Shown here piece after piece: positions 29,840-40,520 of a stretch of DNA of 64,000 nt. The DNA is taken from positions 1,344,001 through 1,408,000 of the forward strand of contig CBDCTZ010000016.1 of NCBI GenBank assembly GCA_965222375.1. Direction: 5' to 3'. The notes under the pieces were generated by a model. That model was not told the origin of the DNA and made no database searches. It worked only from the letters and a program-made list of their open reading frames with translations. This stretch comes from Polyangiaceae bacterium. Its GTDB lineage: Bacteria; Myxococcota_A; Polyangia; Polyangiales; Polyangiaceae. Numbering within the stretch: position 1 is the first letter of the stretch; each line of letters begins with the position of its first letter. The translations under genes and the position numbers were made by a program.

Positions 29840-31051
29840 ATGAAAAAGTCGCTTAAGTCCCGAGTCTCCGGCGCTCCCCGCGTGCGCCCGGCTGCCATCA
29901 CCGGGAAGGAACGGCCCCACGACCTGCTTAACGAGAAGTTCCCGGCCTTTGCTGGGCGGCAGGTCCGCGAAGCCTACCACCTGATGCAGGCGACGGTCCG
30001 TGAGAAGGCTGCAACGTTTCTGACTCTCAGCGGCGCGATGACCCCCGCGGGGATCCATTCTTCTTGCATCAACCCGTTGATCGAGCGTGGCCTCATCGAT
30101 GCAATCACGACGACCGGTGCGAATCTGTACCACGACGCTCACCGTGTGATCGGGCACGCAGTTCACGAGATTGATCCGAATTCGGGAGATTTGGAGCTTC
30201 GGAAGGCGCGCTGCATCCGCATCTATGACCTCGCGTTTCCCGAGCAAGCTTTACTGGACTGCGATCGTGTTTTCTCGGCGATGTTGCGCAAGCCCAAGTT
30301 CCAAAAGCGCATGAGTACCGCGGAGCTGCACCGGTTGCTCGGCGAAGAGATGCACATTCTCGAAAGCGCCCTCGGTGTAAAAGAACCGTCGTTGCTATCA
30401 ACCGCCTTTCGTAACAAGGTGCCGATCTACGTAGGAGCGGTTCAGGATGGTTCGATCTTCTTGAACGTGGTCAAGCTGCGGGCATTGCTTGGGGACGAGT
30501 TCAAATGCGAGGTCGACCCAATTTTGGATGTGTACGAGATGAGTGCTCTGCAGCACTACTGCCAGAAGAACCTCGGCAAGAAGCTTGCGGTGTGGATGTT
30601 GGGTGGCGGAGTGCCCAAGAACTACACGCTCCAGGGTGAACCGCTCCTGGGGCAGATCTTCGACATCCCCACGCGAGGTTTTGACATTGACGTACAGATC
30701 TGTGTCGATGTTGCGGACAATGGGGCGCTTTCGCCCGCAACAGCTGCAGAAGGTCACACTTGGGGAAAGACGAGTGCCGAAAGCGTGCAGACCGGAAGCG
30801 TGTACTGCAGAGCCGACGTTACCGCAGTGATGCCCTTCATTTCGCACGCCCTGCTGAGTGACCCGAAGATGAAGAAGCGAGGTCTTGGGCTCGCCGGCCA
30901 CCTGGAACGTGCCCATGCCGCGCTGGACAACGAGGTGAAGAAGCGCCGCAAAGCGTTGCTTCGAACCCTGGATTTCGACGCGGTTTCGCGGCCAAAGCAA
31001 CCACGAAAGAAGCAGGCCGCCGCCAAGAAACGACGCGCCAAGCGACGTTGA
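29840..31051 (+). CDS. Deoxyhypusine synthase-like protein
   Basis: TLSGAMTPAG, TTGANLYHD, RIYD, LGGGVPKN, GALS.AT..EG.TWGK with the catalytic Lys. Confidence 0.9.
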   Translation: MKKSLKSRVSGAPRVRPAAITGKERPHDLLNEKFPAFAGRQVREAYHLMQATVREKAATFLTLSGAMTPAGIHSSCINPLIERGLIDAITTTGANLYHDAHRVIGHAVHEIDPNSGDLELRKARCIRIYDLAFPEQALLDCDRVFSAMLRKPKFQKRMSTAELHRLLGEEMHILESALGVKEPSLLSTAFRNKVPIYVGAVQDGSIFLNVVKLRALLGDEFKCEVDPILDVYEMSALQHYCQKNLGKKLAVWMLGGGVPKNYTLQGEPLLGQIFDIPTRGFDIDVQICVDVADNGALSPATAAEGHTWGKTSAESVQTGSVYCRADVTAVMPFISHALLSDPKMKKRGLGLAGHLERAHAALDNEVKKRRKALLRTLDFDAVSRPKQPRKKQAAAKKRRAKRR

Positions 31052-31054
31052 GGG

Positions 31055-31075
31055 GAAGCGGCTCTCGACCGCTTC
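31055..31075. terminator. Hairpin between convergent genes
   Basis: GAAGCGG-ctctcga-CCGCTTC in the 26-bp gap between two stop codons. Confidence 0.5.
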
Positions 31076-31077
31076 GG

Positions 31078-31875
31078 TCACTCTGCTGTCAAACGACGGA
31101 TCTCTTCCTGAATCAGAGTTTCCGCGAGTTGCGGCACGACTTCCCACACGACTTGCTCGACCACCTCGCGTGAGAGCGCGAGGACGCCGTCAACTTGCTC
31201 CGGCGATAGGCCCAAGTCCGCCAGTTTGCCAGCGAGGGCGCCGTTGCCCCTGGTTGCTGCTGCCGCGGCGGCCGCGGGGGCGGGCGCAGGAGCGGCGGCC
31301 GGGGCCGGTGCGGGCGCGGGCGCTCGAGCGGGGGCGGGCGCTGCTGGGGCGGGTTTTGGCGTCGAGGGATGGCCGCCGTACGCTTGAGTCCGCGCCACGC
31401 TTGGCGCCGCAGCCACGGGTTTTGGCGGAGCCACCGGGGCTGGCGCTGGAGTTGGAGCCGCAGCCGGCGCCGCGGCGGGTTTTGGTGGAGGTGCTGCCGC
31501 GGGCGCCTCCGCAGCCTTGCGCGCCACTGCGCCGGTCTTGTCCAGCAACTGCTGGGTGTCGAACGGCTTGTCCATGAAGTCATCAGCGCCGACGCCGGCG
31601 CCCCGCCCCTTGTCGTAGGGTGCGTGCTTGCTGCTCAAGATGATCACGCCCGTGCCGGGAGCTTCACTCTTGATGCTTTGGCACAGGTCGTACCCGCTCT
31701 CAGAGCCGAGGGCGGCGTCGACCAACGCGACGGCGGGGCTCTCAGCCCTCAGGAGTTCAAGCGCTTGCTGAGAGTTTTCGGCGAGGACGACTTTGTAGTC
31801 TTCCCCCGCGAAGGTGATCTCCAGCACCTTGCGCATCGTCTTGCTGTCATCTACGGCCAGCAGCGTGGTGGTCAA
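31078..31875 (-). CDS. romR: RomR-like response regulator (receiver, Pro/Ala linker, RomR-C helix)
   Basis: GGAGG followed by a TTG start; LLAVDDS receiver, Pro/Ala-rich linker, LSREVVEQVVWEVVPQLAETLIQEEI tail. Confidence 0.8.
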   Translation of the reverse strand: MTTTLLAVDDSKTMRKVLEITFAGEDYKVVLAENSQQALELLRAESPAVALVDAALGSESGYDLCQSIKSEAPGTGVIILSSKHAPYDKGRGAGVGADDFMDKPFDTQQLLDKTGAVARKAAEAPAAAPPPKPAAAPAAAPTPAPAPVAPPKPVAAAPSVARTQAYGGHPSTPKPAPAAPAPARAPAPAPAPAAAPAPAPAAAAAAATRGNGALAGKLADLGLSPEQVDGVLALSREVVEQVVWEVVPQLAETLIQEEIRRLTAE

Positions 31876-32111
31876 AGGGCCTCCTGGGACATCGAAAAAA
31901 CCGTGGCGATCATGGCGGCCCACGCGGAAAAGTGTCAAGGATTTCGCGGCTCCGGCGACAACTTGGTGCTGGGCCAACTATTACGCCCTCCAGGCAGCTG
32001 GGCTGGACGTATCTTCAGGGGGTTTCTTCGGGGAAAACCAGCCTTCACGATTCCACTGGGTGGGACTATCGACCCGCGGGCCCGTTGACGGGCCGTCCCG
32101 GGCCCTCAAAA

Positions 32112-33188
32112 ATGACCAAGTTGAGTTCCTCTTCCACCCAATTGAGCAAACGTGCCCGCGCGATTCTTTACGCGGTGGTGTCCGAGTTCATCGCAACCGG
32201 CGAGCCGGTGGGCAGTCGCACCCTAGTCAAGAAGCACGGTTTTTCGCTCTCAGCTGCCACGATTCGGAACGTGCTGTCGGATCTGGAGGATGCTGGATTT
32301 CTGGCTCAGCCCCACACGTCGGCCGGACGTGTACCCACCGAAAGGGCCTTTCGCCTCTTCATAGATGCACTGATGCAGGTACGGCAGCTTTCGGCGGAAG
32401 AGCGGCACCGCATCGCCCAGTGGTTCGAAGAGCTCTCCCCAGGCACTGACATCGTACGCGAAACCGGGCGCTTGCTTTCGGATCTGACGGGTTCTGCGGC
32501 GGTGCTAGTCCGACCGCGAATCGAAACTCGCGTCGTGGTCAAAGTTCAGTTCATCCCGACCCGACCTGGAGAAGTGCTCAGCGTAATCGTCCTCTCTGAC
32601 GGGACTGTCGAGAACCGCTTCATCAATGTCGATCAAGATCTTGCGGCTCCGCTGCTCGAGCGATTGCACGGTCTGTTGGAAGAGGCGACGAACGGCAGAA
32701 CTCTCGCAGGATTGCGAGAGTATTTCGTGCAAGCGCTCGCTGACGGCCGGGACGAGGTTGCCAACCTTCGCAGTCTCGGCCTTTCTTTGATGAATGCTGC
32801 CATCGACCGAAGTGACCGCGGGATGGATGTGGTTGTCGAAGGCCAGTCCCGTCTCCTGGAGCGAACGGACGCCAGTACCGAGCATTTGCGCGAGTTGCTA
32901 CGCGCGCTCGGGGAGCGTGAGAAGCTCGTCGAGCTACTGGATCACGTGCTCAGCACCGACCGCGTGCAGGTCTTCTTGGGCGAGGACACGGCACAGATGG
33001 CCGGGATGCCGGTGAGCCTCGTGGCTGCGCCGTACAAAGACGCTGGGCATCCTGGCGGGGCGGTGGGGGTACTGGGGCCGACGCGGATGGATTACGCGAG
33101 CGTCGTGCCCATCGTGGGAGCCACTGCGGATGCCATGAGCGCAGCGCTGTCGTTGACCGACGATGGCAAGCGTGACGAAGACAGATGA
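32112..33188 (+). CDS. hrcA: Heat-inducible transcription repressor HrcA
   Basis: EPVGSRTL, SAATIRNVLSDLE..G.L.QPHTSAGRVPT, GVLGPTRMDY. Confidence 0.96.
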   Translation: MTKLSSSSTQLSKRARAILYAVVSEFIATGEPVGSRTLVKKHGFSLSAATIRNVLSDLEDAGFLAQPHTSAGRVPTERAFRLFIDALMQVRQLSAEERHRIAQWFEELSPGTDIVRETGRLLSDLTGSAAVLVRPRIETRVVVKVQFIPTRPGEVLSVIVLSDGTVENRFINVDQDLAAPLLERLHGLLEEATNGRTLAGLREYFVQALADGRDEVANLRSLGLSLMNAAIDRSDRGMDVVVEGQSRLLERTDASTEHLRELLRALGEREKLVELLDHVLSTDRVQVFLGEDTAQMAGMPVSLVAAPYKDAGHPGGAVGVLGPTRMDYASVVPIVGATADAMSAALSLTDDGKRDEDR

Positions 33189-33256
33189 TGCGCCAAACCT
33201 CGACCACCACCAGGACTTTCACCTGCCCTGAAGGGGCGTGATACGCTCCCCTGCCC

Positions 33257-34630
33257 ATGCCGACGGCACCTCCTGGACTCCCCGGCCAAACCCCTGGCGA
33301 AAGCCCGGTGGACCGTGCGCTGGCCCTGTCCTTGGCCGATGAGAAGGACTCCGCCTTGCGCTGGGGCGCCTCTCTGCTGCGTAGCGAGCCGGCTTCTCCC
33401 TTGGCGCTGTTGGTGACCGCCCGTCTGCTCGCGGCCTTGGGCAGGCGCGAGGTCGCCGTCGAGGGGCTGGAGGTATGCGTTGCCCGGGCGTTGGACGCTG
33501 GCAATCTGCCTCTTGCGGTCGCAGCTGCGTGCGATCTGAAGACGCTGCGCGCCGACGCCGAGAAGCATCTAGACGAAATAGCCAGAGTCTTCTGTGCGGA
33601 ATCACCTCGACTCCTAGCCAAGGGCGCGGCTCCCCCGGAGCTGCCCGGTGAAGCGGAGCAGTTCCAACCTTTGGCGTCAGCCCTCGCGGGCAAGGCATTG
33701 GTGGCGAAGGCACAAGAGGCCGTTCACGACGCGAAGCGATTGCTCGAGGCGGATCGAGCGGAACACGGTGAGGCACAGAAGGTAGCGCCGCATCCCCTGT
33801 TCTCCGCGCTCACCGAGCCTCAGTTGCGTGCCATGGTGGGGATCTTCGAGATCAGCACCGTCGCGACGGACACGGTGTTGATCGAAGAGGGCACCACCGG
33901 CGCCGAAGCCTTCATCGTGGCGCGTGGGGAATTGGAGGTACGCCGTAACGTCAATGATGACAACGGGAACACCATCGAGACCATGCAGCTTGCGCTGCTT
34001 GGGAACGGCGCCCTGTTCGGGGAGATGGCGCTGCTGAGCCGGGCTCCGCGCGCAGCGAGTGTGTTGGCTCGGCGCCCGAGCCTGATACTCGTGGCCCGGA
34101 AAGAGGCCCTGGATCGGATTGCGGAGAAGCAGCCGCAAGTCGGAGAGCTTTTCGCGGATCACTGCCGCCGCAGGATGGTCGAGAATCTTGTGCGGACTAG
34201 CTCGATCCTGAGCGCGGTGCATGTGGACGAGCGGCCCGCCCTGGTGGACCGTTTCGTAACTCGCACCTACGAGGAGGGGGAGCGCCTGATCGTGCAAGGT
34301 CAAGATTCGGCCGGGCTGCACTTGATAGCCTCCGGCGAGGTGGCGGTGATCCATGACGAAGGTGACGACACGACGGTCATCGCCAAGCTCGGCGTCGGAG
34401 AGGTGGTCGGGGAAGTCGCGCTGGTCTTGCGCCGCCCCTCCAGCGCAGATGTCATCGCTAACTGCCCTACCGTCACTTTGCATCTTCCTCGGGAGCGCTT
34501 CCTGGAGCTGATCAAAGAACATCCAGCGATTCTCGCGGAGCTGTACGAACTCGCGATCAAACGGGACGAGGAAACGAGCACGATCGTGGCGCAAGAAGCC
34601 ACGGAAGCCGACGAATTCATCTTGATTTGA
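33257..34630 (+). CDS. Protein with two cyclic-nucleotide-binding domains
   Basis: GALFGEMALL..APRAASV and GEVVGEVALV..RPSSADV; helical N-terminus. Confidence 0.88.
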   Translation: MPTAPPGLPGQTPGESPVDRALALSLADEKDSALRWGASLLRSEPASPLALLVTARLLAALGRREVAVEGLEVCVARALDAGNLPLAVAAACDLKTLRADAEKHLDEIARVFCAESPRLLAKGAAPPELPGEAEQFQPLASALAGKALVAKAQEAVHDAKRLLEADRAEHGEAQKVAPHPLFSALTEPQLRAMVGIFEISTVATDTVLIEEGTTGAEAFIVARGELEVRRNVNDDNGNTIETMQLALLGNGALFGEMALLSRAPRAASVLARRPSLILVARKEALDRIAEKQPQVGELFADHCRRRMVENLVRTSSILSAVHVDERPALVDRFVTRTYEEGERLIVQGQDSAGLHLIASGEVAVIHDEGDDTTVIAKLGVGEVVGEVALVLRRPSSADVIANCPTVTLHLPRERFLELIKEHPAILAELYELAIKRDEETSTIVAQEATEADEFILI

Positions 34631-34708
34631 GGGGTGGTCTGGGGACTTTCCGGCCCAAAAAGCCGGCTCATCCTTGACCCAGCTCGTTTCGGTAGCTATG
34701 CCCGCGCC

Positions 34709-35296
34709 ATGACAAAGGGCTTTTTCAAGCAGGGCTTTCTTGTACTCGTGGCCGCCTTGCTGGTGAGCTTGCTGGCGCCAGCGGCGCAGGCTCAGGGCAA
34801 AATTGCAGTGGTCGACACTCAGCGCGCGATCATGGAAACCGAGGACGGCTTGCGGGCGCAGGCTACGCTGAAGAAGCTCTTTGACAAGCGTCAGCGCGAG
34901 CTCGACCGAAAGCAGACGGAACTCCAACAAGAACGTGAGGACATCGAGAAGCAGCGCGAGGTGCTGAGCAAGGCTGCTTTGCAGAAGCGCGTCGAAAAAT
35001 GGCAGCGTGAGATGATTCAGCTCCAGACCGTCTTCGTTCAGTACAACAAAGAGCTCCAGAAGAAGCAGAACGAGCTGACCCAGCCGATCTTCACCAAGGC
35101 CATGGGACTGATTCGACGCATGGCCACCCAGGAAGGCTTTGACGTGGTCATGGACAAGCAAGCCGTGCCCTACGTTCGGAGCGACCTAGACCTCACGGAC
35201 CGCGTCATCACCCTATACAATCAGGGTAAGGGTAGCGCCCCCGCCGCGGGGAAGAAGTCCAAGAAGCCCGCGAAACCCGCCGCCAAGTCCAACTGA
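34709..35296 (+). CDS. skp: OmpH/Skp periplasmic chaperone
   Basis: Signal peptide, KIAVVD.Q, coiled coil, DLTDRVI; lies upstream of lpxD. Confidence 0.92.
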   Translation: MTKGFFKQGFLVLVAALLVSLLAPAAQAQGKIAVVDTQRAIMETEDGLRAQATLKKLFDKRQRELDRKQTELQQEREDIEKQREVLSKAALQKRVEKWQREMIQLQTVFVQYNKELQKKQNELTQPIFTKAMGLIRRMATQEGFDVVMDKQAVPYVRSDLDLTDRVITLYNQGKGSAPAAGKKSKKPAKPAAKSN

Positions 35297-35328
35297 GCAT
35301 CGCTCTCTAGCGGCGCTCCAATTCGATC

Positions 35329-36327
35329 ATGGGTGCGCCCCCAACCTTGCGGTACGAGCCTGGGGCATCCCGGCCTTCTGGGCGTATCGCAGCGGCTCCG
35401 ACGGCGGACGCCAGGGGAGTGGAGTTGCCGCAACCCCTCTTCGTCGCCGCACTCGCTCGGGAGTATGGCGTTGAGCTGGACTCACGTCTCACGCGGGTAG
35501 TGGTTCGGCGCATCGTGGAGCCTACCTGGGCCTCCGCAGAAGACGATCTGGTTTTCGTTGCAAACCCTCGGGCTGCGGTCCCGTCGTCGGCAGTGGCAAT
35601 CTGCGTTCCCCAACTCTCGGCCAAATTCGATCCGGCTCGCTGCCTAGTCCACGCGCAGCCGTTATGGGTGCTGGCCTGCTTGCTAGAGCGGGTGGAGGCT
35701 CAGGCAAAGCAGCGCTTCGGCGAAGCGAGCGTGGACCCGAATGCCAGCCTCGCTGAGGGCGTGGTCGTACAGCCGGGGGCTCGCATCGGTTCGGGAACGA
35801 TCGTCGAAGAAAACACGGTGATCTACGCGGGCGTGCATGTCGGCCGCGGCGCTCGTATCGGAGCAAACTCGGTGATCGGTCGACCAGGCTTTGGATTCGT
35901 CGAGGGACCGGATGGCATTCAGAAACGTATGCCCCAACTGGGTGGAGTTGTCGTCGAAGACGATGTCGAAATCGGCCCGCTATGCACCGTCGACGCGGGC
36001 ACCCTTGTCCCGACCCGCGTGAAGCGCGGCAGCAAACTCGATGCGCACGTGCACGTTGGGCACAACGTCGTCATCGGGCAAGGATGTCTTATTGCAGCGC
36101 AGGTTGGTTTTGCCGGATCCGTCGTTGTGGGTGATGGCGTCCGGGTCGGCGGTCAAGCTGGCTTCAAGGATCATGTTCGCGTAGGGGATGGCGCTCGAAT
36201 CGCAGCGAAGAGCGGCGTGATTGGGAATATACCGCCGGGGGCGGTCGTCGCTGGCTTTCCTGCAGTCGATAAAGGAAGATGGCTTCGCGCCATGGCCGAG
36301 CTCCTGCGCGGCAAGAGGCAGACATGA
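35329..36327 (+). CDS. lpxD: UDP-3-O-acylglucosamine N-acyltransferase
   Basis: Hexapeptide repeats, [35 protein letters not shown]. Start uncertain. Confidence 0.9.
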   Translation: MGAPPTLRYEPGASRPSGRIAAAPTADARGVELPQPLFVAALAREYGVELDSRLTRVVVRRIVEPTWASAEDDLVFVANPRAAVPSSAVAICVPQLSAKFDPARCLVHAQPLWVLACLLERVEAQAKQRFGEASVDPNASLAEGVVVQPGARIGSGTIVEENTVIYAGVHVGRGARIGANSVIGRPGFGFVEGPDGIQKRMPQLGGVVVEDDVEIGPLCTVDAGTLVPTRVKRGSKLDAHVHVGHNVVIGQGCLIAAQVGFAGSVVVGDGVRVGGQAGFKDHVRVGDGARIAAKSGVIGNIPPGAVVAGFPAVDKGRWLRAMAELLRGKRQT

Positions 36328-36785
36328 AGCAAGAAGCCCCCGTCAAACTGGATATCCAGAAGATCCTGGAAATCCTGCCCCACCGCTATCCCTTCGTCAT
36401 GGTGGATCGCGTTACCAGCTTGAGCCCGAGCCAGGACATCCACGGCGTGAAAATGGTCAGTCACAACGAGCCTTGGGTCATCGGCCACTTCCCCGGTCGC
36501 CCGATCATGCCAGGGGTTCTGATCATCGAAGCCTTGGCTCAGATTGGCGGCATTCTGGCCTACGCATCCGATCCCGTCGATCCTCGAACTCATCTCATGT
36601 ACTTCCTAGGCATCGACAAGGCGAAGTTCCGCAACACCGTCACGCCGGGGGATCGCCTGGATCTGCACGTGGAAGTGATGCAGCATCGAACGAACGTTTG
36701 GAAGTTTCGCGGAGAAGCGACCGTTGACGGTACGCTTTGCGCGCAGGGCGAAATGCTCGCGTCCATCGTCGCGCGTGAGGGCTGA
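36324..36785 (+). CDS. fabZ: 3-hydroxyacyl-ACP dehydratase
   Basis: [33 protein letters not shown]. Confidence 0.97.
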   Translation: MKQEAPVKLDIQKILEILPHRYPFVMVDRVTSLSPSQDIHGVKMVSHNEPWVIGHFPGRPIMPGVLIIEALAQIGGILAYASDPVDPRTHLMYFLGIDKAKFRNTVTPGDRLDLHVEVMQHRTNVWKFRGEATVDGTLCAQGEMLASIVAREG

Positions 36786-37550
36786 GTGGCGTCTACGGTG
36801 CACCCGACTGCGGTTGTTGCCGCAGATGCGCAGCTCGGAGACAACGTTGTGGTTGGCCCCTTTTGCTACGTGGGCCCGGGCGTCCAGCTAGGTGCCGGTA
36901 CCCAACTGGTCGCTCATGCATCCGTGCTAGGGCCCACTCGTTTGGGGGCTCAGAACAAAGTCTTTCCTCATGCGACCCTGGGGGCGGAGCCCCAAGACAA
37001 GAGTCACGGTGAGGAGCCAACCTGGCTCGAGATCGGGGACAGAAACGTATTCCGTGAACAGGTCACAGTGCATCGCGGCACGGCGAAGGGTGCCGGGGTC
37101 ACGAAGATCGGCGATGACACGTGGCTGTTGGTTGGGGCGCATGTGGCGCACGATTGTATCGTTGGGAGCCGGGTGGTTTTGACCAACATGACTACCCTGG
37201 GGGGGCACGTTTCCGTGTCCGACAACGTCGTCTGTGGCGGGCACGTTGCAGTAGCTCCTTTCGTACGTCTTGGTCGCGGAGCCTTCATAGCGGGTGGCGC
37301 ATGCGTGGAGCGGGATGTTCCTCCGTTCATGACAGCCGCTGGTGACAGGGCCCGCGTGCGTTCTGTCAATACGGTTGGGCTCGAGCGCATGGGGGTCGAC
37401 GCAGACCGACGGCGGCTGCTGAAGAAGGCGTTTCGCATGCTGTACCGAGCTGGTGTTCCGCTATCCCAAGCGCTGTCCGCGGTACGGCAAGAGCTGGGCT
37501 CTGAGCCGCTAGTACTAGAACTCGTGGAGTTCTTGACGTCGACTTCGTGA
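36786..37550 (+). CDS. lpxA: UDP-N-acetylglucosamine O-acyltransferase
   Basis: VHPTAVV, PQD, RE.VTVHRGT, HVAHDC, LGGHV, DVPPF, N.VGL.R. Confidence 0.95.
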   Translation: MASTVHPTAVVAADAQLGDNVVVGPFCYVGPGVQLGAGTQLVAHASVLGPTRLGAQNKVFPHATLGAEPQDKSHGEEPTWLEIGDRNVFREQVTVHRGTAKGAGVTKIGDDTWLLVGAHVAHDCIVGSRVVLTNMTTLGGHVSVSDNVVCGGHVAVAPFVRLGRGAFIAGGACVERDVPPFMTAAGDRARVRSVNTVGLERMGVDADRRRLLKKAFRMLYRAGVPLSQALSAVRQELGSEPLVLELVEFLTSTS

Positions 37551-37583
37551 TTGCCGGCGAAAGGCTCTGAGTCGCGGTCGAGG

Positions 37584-40520
37584 TTACTTGCTCTCGAAGA
37601 GGTCGTCGAATACCGCGTCGAAGTCGTCCTCGCCGTTTGCGGCCTTTTGTGCTGGGACCGGCGCCTCCCCAGGCGCCAGAGCCGCAATGCGGTCGCTAAC
37701 GTCGCGATAGCCGGGGTCGCGCCGGGCGATCTTCTTGAAGTAGTACAAGGCTTCCTTGGGGCTTCCCTTCATCTCGTAGACGTTGCCCAAGTCGTAGTAG
37801 AGGGCCATTTCCTGCTCTACTGTCTTCTGGGGTGCTTCCAGAGCGGCAACGTAGGCGCGAGCGGCTTCATCCAGTTCACCCCGCTCGAGTCGAATCATGC
37901 CGATCATCGCGTGGCACATGCACTCGCGGGTCGCGTCTTTGGCAGCCAGATGAAATTCGTTGATGGCGTCGCCGAGCAGACCCATTTCCTTATAGGCCAC
38001 ACCCAAGTCGTAGTGGGTAGCGCTGTCTGCCTCCGCCACCTGCGCTCGCACTCCCTCCTTGAATTTCTCGAACACCTGGTCGACGTCGACGTTGTCCGCT
38101 GGCGCCGCTGCCGAGTCCACGGGCTGCGCCTGCTCCAATTGGTCCAGGGCTTCCAAGCTTGCCGCAATGTCGAAGGCGCGATCACCCTCGCTCTCGGTCT
38201 CGGATTCTTCTTTGTCGTGGGGGAGCTGCTGCCCCGGCTGTAGCTGCGAGCGATCAATGGTCCGGCTCTCACCAGCCGCCGCCAGGATGTCGTCAATCTC
38301 TCTCTGCCGCTCGATCAGCAGCGGGTGCCCCGGAGTCCTGCTCAGCTGATCTGAGACGATGGCGCGCGCGTCGTCGTACAGCCCCCGCGCGACGAAGAAC
38401 TCGGCTTCTTCCAAGGCCTCCTCCACGGCCATCGTATCCGTGGCCGTGGGTTCCGTAGAGCTGTGGTCAGCTTGGGGCGAGAGATCGAGATCGTCGACAG
38501 ATGGCGCCGTGGCTCGCGGGGAGCTCTCGTATTCGAGCCCCAAGGGGAAGGATGGCAACGGTTGGTCTGCGAACGGCTCATCAACGCTCGCGTCCGCGAA
38601 GGGATCGGATTCTGCGTACTGGCCGGCGTCGTCGTCGGAAAACGGCTCCGTGCTCGCCATTGCGCTGGACGCGCTCACCTCCTCCAGATCGTAGGAGGGC
38701 AGCGGAGCTTGGGGATCGTAACCGTCGAAGCTCTGTTCGGTGTTGTACGCCGTCTCCGGCTCCGCGTATTGGACTTCCGTCGCAGTCGAGTCGTAGCGGT
38801 CATAGCCGGGGTGGTCGTAAACGACATGCCCCTCTTCTTGTGAAGCGTATCCCTCTTCGGTTGCGTATTCCTCCGCAGGTCCTTCGTAGGCTGGCGGCTC
38901 ACGGCTCTGGCGCTCGTAGGCTTGCGAGTCGTACCCCTGTTGCTCGTATTCTCCTTCGTAGGCCTGTTGGTCGTATGCCGAGGGGTCGTATCCGACGGCT
39001 TGCCCGGTCTCCGCTTCGGCGCTCCACTCCATGCCGGCCTGGGTGTTCTCGCCTCCCATGTGGTCCAGCATCTCGAGGGCCGCAGGGTGACCTGGCTCCG
39101 CCTCCAGAACCTCGTAGAGCATCAGTTCGGCTCGTGACGGATCACCACCCTCCAGGTACAAGGCCGCCAAGGTGATCGACTCACCAATGGCGTTATCCCG
39201 GTCACCGCTTTCGATCAGAATTTCCCGAAGCTTTTCTCGGGCTTCGACGGAGCGGGGGTCGACTTCCAAGGCGATGTGCAGGACCTCGAGCGCCTTGGAA
39301 TACAAGCGCAGCCGACGGAAAGATTCTGCGTCGACGACAGCCTTCTTGGCGTGCTCGCGAGCCTCGAAGGCGTCGCCGTCGTCCAGCTCTTCTGCGACCT
39401 GCAGATTGTCATCCACGACAACCACGTCCGGCGCGCTCGCTTGGGTGGCACGGATTTCCGGATTGCTCTGGCGGTTTAGCTGGAATGGCGCTTCGTCAGC
39501 GGTGTCATCGACAGACTCTTCTTCGTCGATGAGTTCGAGATCCGCATCGTCCACATGGACAGCGGACACTGATCGCTCCCGAGCTGGAGGTGGTGCTCCT
39601 GCCTGAGTCAGCGCACGCACCTGCTCGTCATCAGGTGCGATCTTGTTGAGGTGCGCTAGGAGTTCGTCGAATAGGTCCTGGCGTTCGGATTCCCGGGCGA
39701 TCCTCGCCATTTCCTTATAGACCTCGATGGCCTTCTCGGATTGGTTGATCAGGGTGAACGCCTGCGCTAGCAGCGCAAGGGTATCCAGATCCTTCGGGTC
39801 CGCCTGGAAGCAGACCTGGAGCTTGGCAAGGGCCTGCATGCCGTCCTCGGCGCCACCGCGCGCCAGGTAGAGTTCTGCCGCCATGCGCGCGAACTTGGGA
39901 TCCGCCTTGAAGTGAAGGATCCTTTCGATGACCTTGAGGGCGTCATCCCGACGGCCCAGCTTCAGCAGGAGCTCGGCGGCCGTCCAAAACGCCTCGACGG
40001 CGTCGTCAAGGGACTGTACGCGGCAACATGCCTCCGCCAACCGCAGGTGTGGCAGCGGATTCGTTCCGTCCAGCTCCACCATCTTGCGGAACACGTCGAT
40101 TGCGTCGCGCTCGCGCCCGGTGCGCTGAAACGTGGTAGCGACCTCATCGTAGGCTTGGAGCGCGTCGCTCGTCAGTCCGAGCTGGGTGTAGATCTCGGCC
40201 AACCGAGGCACGATGTGCGCATACCGGTCGGAAAGATCCGGTGCGTGCTTCCGGATGAGCTCCCGGATCTGCTTGTAAACGGCGATGGCCTTCAGAGCGA
40301 AGCCTTGCTTGGCGTAGTAGCTCCCGACCTTGTCGTAAGTCGCGATGGCATCCGGGTAGGCCTGCATTCGGGCCTGCAGATCGCCGACCTTCAGTAGGGT
40401 GCGTGCGTCATTGGGATCGCTCGCTACGATCTTCTGGTATTCCTCGACCGCCCGGTCGTACCGCTTCTTGTCCACCCACTTCTGGGCAGACTGGAGGATC
40501 TTCTCGCGATCTATCGACAC
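37584..40520 (-). CDS. sgmX: Large TPR protein, SgmX-like (N-terminal TPRs, acidic linker, C-terminal TPRs)
   Basis: DREKILQSAQK..YDRAVEEYQKIV..DP.D.R.LLK.GDL, GF.LKAIAVYKQ, and a C-terminal VFEKFKEGV...THYDLGVAYKEMGL. Matches the M. xanthus SgmX architecture as I recall it. Confidence 0.7.
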   Translation of the reverse strand: MSIDREKILQSAQKWVDKKRYDRAVEEYQKIVASDPNDARTLLKVGDLQARMQAYPDAIATYDKVGSYYAKQGFALKAIAVYKQIRELIRKHAPDLSDRYAHIVPRLAEIYTQLGLTSDALQAYDEVATTFQRTGRERDAIDVFRKMVELDGTNPLPHLRLAEACCRVQSLDDAVEAFWTAAELLLKLGRRDDALKVIERILHFKADPKFARMAAELYLARGGAEDGMQALAKLQVCFQADPKDLDTLALLAQAFTLINQSEKAIEVYKEMARIARESERQDLFDELLAHLNKIAPDDEQVRALTQAGAPPPARERSVSAVHVDDADLELIDEEESVDDTADEAPFQLNRQSNPEIRATQASAPDVVVVDDNLQVAEELDDGDAFEAREHAKKAVVDAESFRRLRLYSKALEVLHIALEVDPRSVEAREKLREILIESGDRDNAIGESITLAALYLEGGDPSRAELMLYEVLEAEPGHPAALEMLDHMGGENTQAGMEWSAEAETGQAVGYDPSAYDQQAYEGEYEQQGYDSQAYERQSREPPAYEGPAEEYATEEGYASQEEGHVVYDHPGYDRYDSTATEVQYAEPETAYNTEQSFDGYDPQAPLPSYDLEEVSASSAMASTEPFSDDDAGQYAESDPFADASVDEPFADQPLPSFPLGLEYESSPRATAPSVDDLDLSPQADHSSTEPTATDTMAVEEALEEAEFFVARGLYDDARAIVSDQLSRTPGHPLLIERQREIDDILAAAGESRTIDRSQLQPGQQLPHDKEESETESEGDRAFDIAASLEALDQLEQAQPVDSAAAPADNVDVDQVFEKFKEGVRAQVAEADSATHYDLGVAYKEMGLLGDAINEFHLAAKDATRECMCHAMIGMIRLERGELDEAARAYVAALEAPQKTVEQEMALYYDLGNVYEMKGSPKEALYYFKKIARRDPGYRDVSDRIAALAPGEAPVPAQKAANGEDDFDAVFDDLFESK

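Noticed and set aside
31880..32111. CIRCE operator upstream of hrcA
   Set aside because: No TTAGCACTC-N9-GAGTGCTAA match seen.
33677..35161. 494-aa minus-strand ORF
   Set aside because: Antisense shadow of the cNMP-binding and skp genes; typical of high-GC codon bias.
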